This document shows, piece by piece, positions 62,167-64,000 of a stretch of DNA of 64,000 nucleotides; within the stretch, counting starts at the first letter, position 1; every line of letters begins with the position of its first letter. The stretch covers positions 14,712-78,711 of the forward strand of contig DHJT01000028.1 in the NCBI GenBank assembly GCA_002404465.1. Direction: 5' to 3'. Origin of the DNA: Sutterella sp. UBA4713 (lineage in GTDB: Bacteria > Pseudomonadota > Gammaproteobacteria > Burkholderiales > Burkholderiaceae_F). The notes beneath the pieces are model-generated. The model saw only the letters and a program-made list of their open reading frames with translations. It had not been told where the DNA came from and did no database searches. A program made the position numbers and the translations under genes.

Positions 62167-64000
62167 CTACTTGTGGATGGCGTACATTGCCTCGATTTCC
62201 TCTCGGAATTTTTCGTAAAGAGGCTTACGTTTGATTTTTAATGTCGGCGTTAGGAGTCCGTTCTCCACAGTCCAGGGCTCCTGTGAAATCACCACATTAC
62301 GCGGTAGTGCATAGTGCGGAAATCCTGCGGCGGCTGCCTTGGCACGACGCATGATAGCTGCACGAACGACAGGTTTCTTGTAGGCTTCTGGATCTTTCGG
62401 GTCGATGTTGTAATGCTTGGCAAGCGTATCCCATTCTTTTTCATCGACCACAGCCAGAAACGTGATGTAGGGGCGGTCTTCTCCGATGACACAGACCTGC
62501 GTGAACAAAGGATCGTTTTCCAGAGCGTTTTCTAAATCCACAGGAGGGATTTTTTCGCCGGTACTTGTAACGATAATTTCCTTAATGCGTCCGCGGATGC
62601 GCAATTGATTGTTTTGATCGATTTCGCCGATGTCTCCCGTGCAAAGCCATCCATCGCGAATAATTTGAGCGGTTTCTTCTGGACGATGCCAGTATCCTTG
62701 CATAACGCTCGGGGAGCGAACCTGAATTTCGTTGGTTTGCGGATCTAAGCGTAGTTGAACATGAGGAATCGGCTCGCCGACCGTGCGCGGATCGTTCAGG
62801 CGTTTTGTGTTTACTGAGATGACCGGAGAACATTCGGTCATGCCGTATCCCTGAACAATGTGCATGCCGAGTCCGCAGAATAGCTTTGCTACAGGAGCGC
62901 TTAAGGCAGCACCGCCGGCAATGGCAAGGTCTAATCGTCCTCCGAAGGCGCCTAAGATCTTCGGGGCGATTTTTTTACGTAACAACGGCCCGACAATGCC
63001 GTCAAACGGAGCGGCTAACGAAAACGGAACCGGCATCTTGTTTGCTCGGCAGTGATTTCTCCATCCTGCATTGACACAGGCATTAAATAAGAAACGGGAC
63101 ACTGGGGAGGCTTTTCGGACCGTTTCGGAAATCTTTGAATAAACCCGTTCATAGATGCGAGGAACGGAAATAAGCATATGGGGGCGCACGATTTTTAAGT
63201 CGTCTCCGAGTAGAGCAATGGAGCGAGTAAAGGTCACGGTCAGAGCCAGACCGAGGGGCAGGTAATATCCGGCCGTGCGTTCAAACGTGTGCGAGAGTGG
63301 TAAAAACGAAAGTAACTGAAAATCCGGACGCAGAACATCACTCACAATCGTCGAGGCCGAATCGATGACGTTGGAGACAATATTCGCATGTGAAAGCATG
63401 ACCCCCTTTGGGTTTCCCGTTGTCCCCGATGTGTAAACAATTGCTGCTAAATCGTTTGGTTTCGGACCTTCGGGCAGATCCGATTCGCTCAAAGCATCAC
63501 CGCGAGCAAGCCAGTCGTCAATGCCGAGAATCTCAACATCAGACATTGTTTCTTTCGGAGTGACGTCTTCTGTCAGAACAACGGTCTTTAAGTCAGGAAG
63601 ACGAATCCCGGCTCGCTTGATGGCCTCCCAGCGGTCAAGTTTGCTTGTGACAAAGCATCGAGCACCGCTGTCGCTCAGAAGATAAGCAGAGGACTTCGGG
63701 GTATCGATGGCATGCATCGGGACCGGTGTTAAAGCATCGGCAAGGGTTGCTTGGTCAATTAATACGGCTTTGACGGAGTTGCCGAGCAAGATGCCGACAC
63801 GATCCGCGCGCTTTAGGCCCGTGGCAACAAGAGCCTTTTGCCAACGACGGATGTTGTCTTTGAGCCAAAGATAGGAAAAATCCTCCCATTTGTTTTCGGC
63901 ACGATTAAATTGTCGCAAAGCAGTTTTGTTCGGAACTTGTCCGGCTCGAAAAGCAATGAAATCGGACAAGACGTGGCAGTTTTGCTTGAGTTCATCAAGA
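62167..64000 (-). CDS. AMP-dependent long-chain fatty acid--CoA ligase; 5' end beyond the window
   Basis: IVYTSGTTGNPKGVMLSH, FLPLSH, QGYGMTE, TGDIG, GLLTPTLKIKR. The frame stays open to base 64000 (LDELKQNCHVLSD). Confidence 0.93.
   Translation of the reverse strand, partial: LDELKQNCHVLSDFIAFRAGQVPNKTALRQFNRAENKWEDFSYLWLKDNIRRWQKALVATGLKRADRVGILLGNSVKAVLIDQATLADALTPVPMHAIDTPKSSAYLLSDSGARCFVTSKLDRWEAIKRAGIRLPDLKTVVLTEDVTPKETMSDVEILGIDDWLARGDALSESDLPEGPKPNDLAAIVYTSGTTGNPKGVMLSHANIVSNVIDSASTIVSDVLRPDFQLLSFLPLSHTFERTAGYYLPLGLALTVTFTRSIALLGDDLKIVRPHMLISVPRIYERVYSKISETVRKASPVSRFLFNACVNAGWRNHCRANKMPVPFSLAAPFDGIVGPLLRKKIAPKILGAFGGRLDLAIAGGAALSAPVAKLFCGLGMHIVQGYGMTECSPVISVNTKRLNDPRTVGEPIPHVQLRLDPQTNEIQVRSPSVMQGYWHRPEETAQIIRDGWLCTGDIGEIDQNNQLRIRGRIKEIIVTSTGEKIPPVDLENALENDPLFTQVCVIGEDRPYITFLAVVDEKEWDTLAKHYNIDPKDPEAYKKPVVRAAIMRRAKAAAAGFPHYALPRNVVISQEPWTVENGLLTPTLKIKRKPLYEKFREEIEAMYAIHK

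Overview
Replication-origin region of a betaproteobacterial chromosome. Gene content (Burkholderiales-type housekeeping synteny plus menA, a MenK-type menaquinone methyltransferase and [FeFe]-hydrogenase maturases) points to a gut Sutterellaceae; this is inference. About 46 intact genes: mnmE-yidC-yidD-rnpA-rpmH / dnaA-dnaN-gyrB, gatCAB, a sugar-less PTS, ntrYX-trkAH, fmt/def, topB, an Aap-type ABC transporter, prfC and a menK-hydF-hydE cluster. I saw no rRNA, tRNA, IS, prophage or CRISPR. Most notable observations: (1) the best oriC candidate (AT-rich DUE, DnaA-trio-like run, DnaA-box cluster, apparent GC-skew flip) lies at about 10.94-11.2 kb, downstream of gyrB, which would put dnaA-dnaN-gyrB head-on to replication; (2) trkH carries a clean 78-nt in-frame insertion and a Gly-to-Cys change in its first K+ selectivity filter; (3) the PBP5/DacC homologue has lost all three catalytic motifs, and the mreBCD-mrdA-rodA block usually found next to gatC is absent here; (4) methylmenaquinone synthesis is coupled in one apparent operon with HydF/HydE, without hydG or hydA. 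All calls come from reading motifs by eye; no searches were run.
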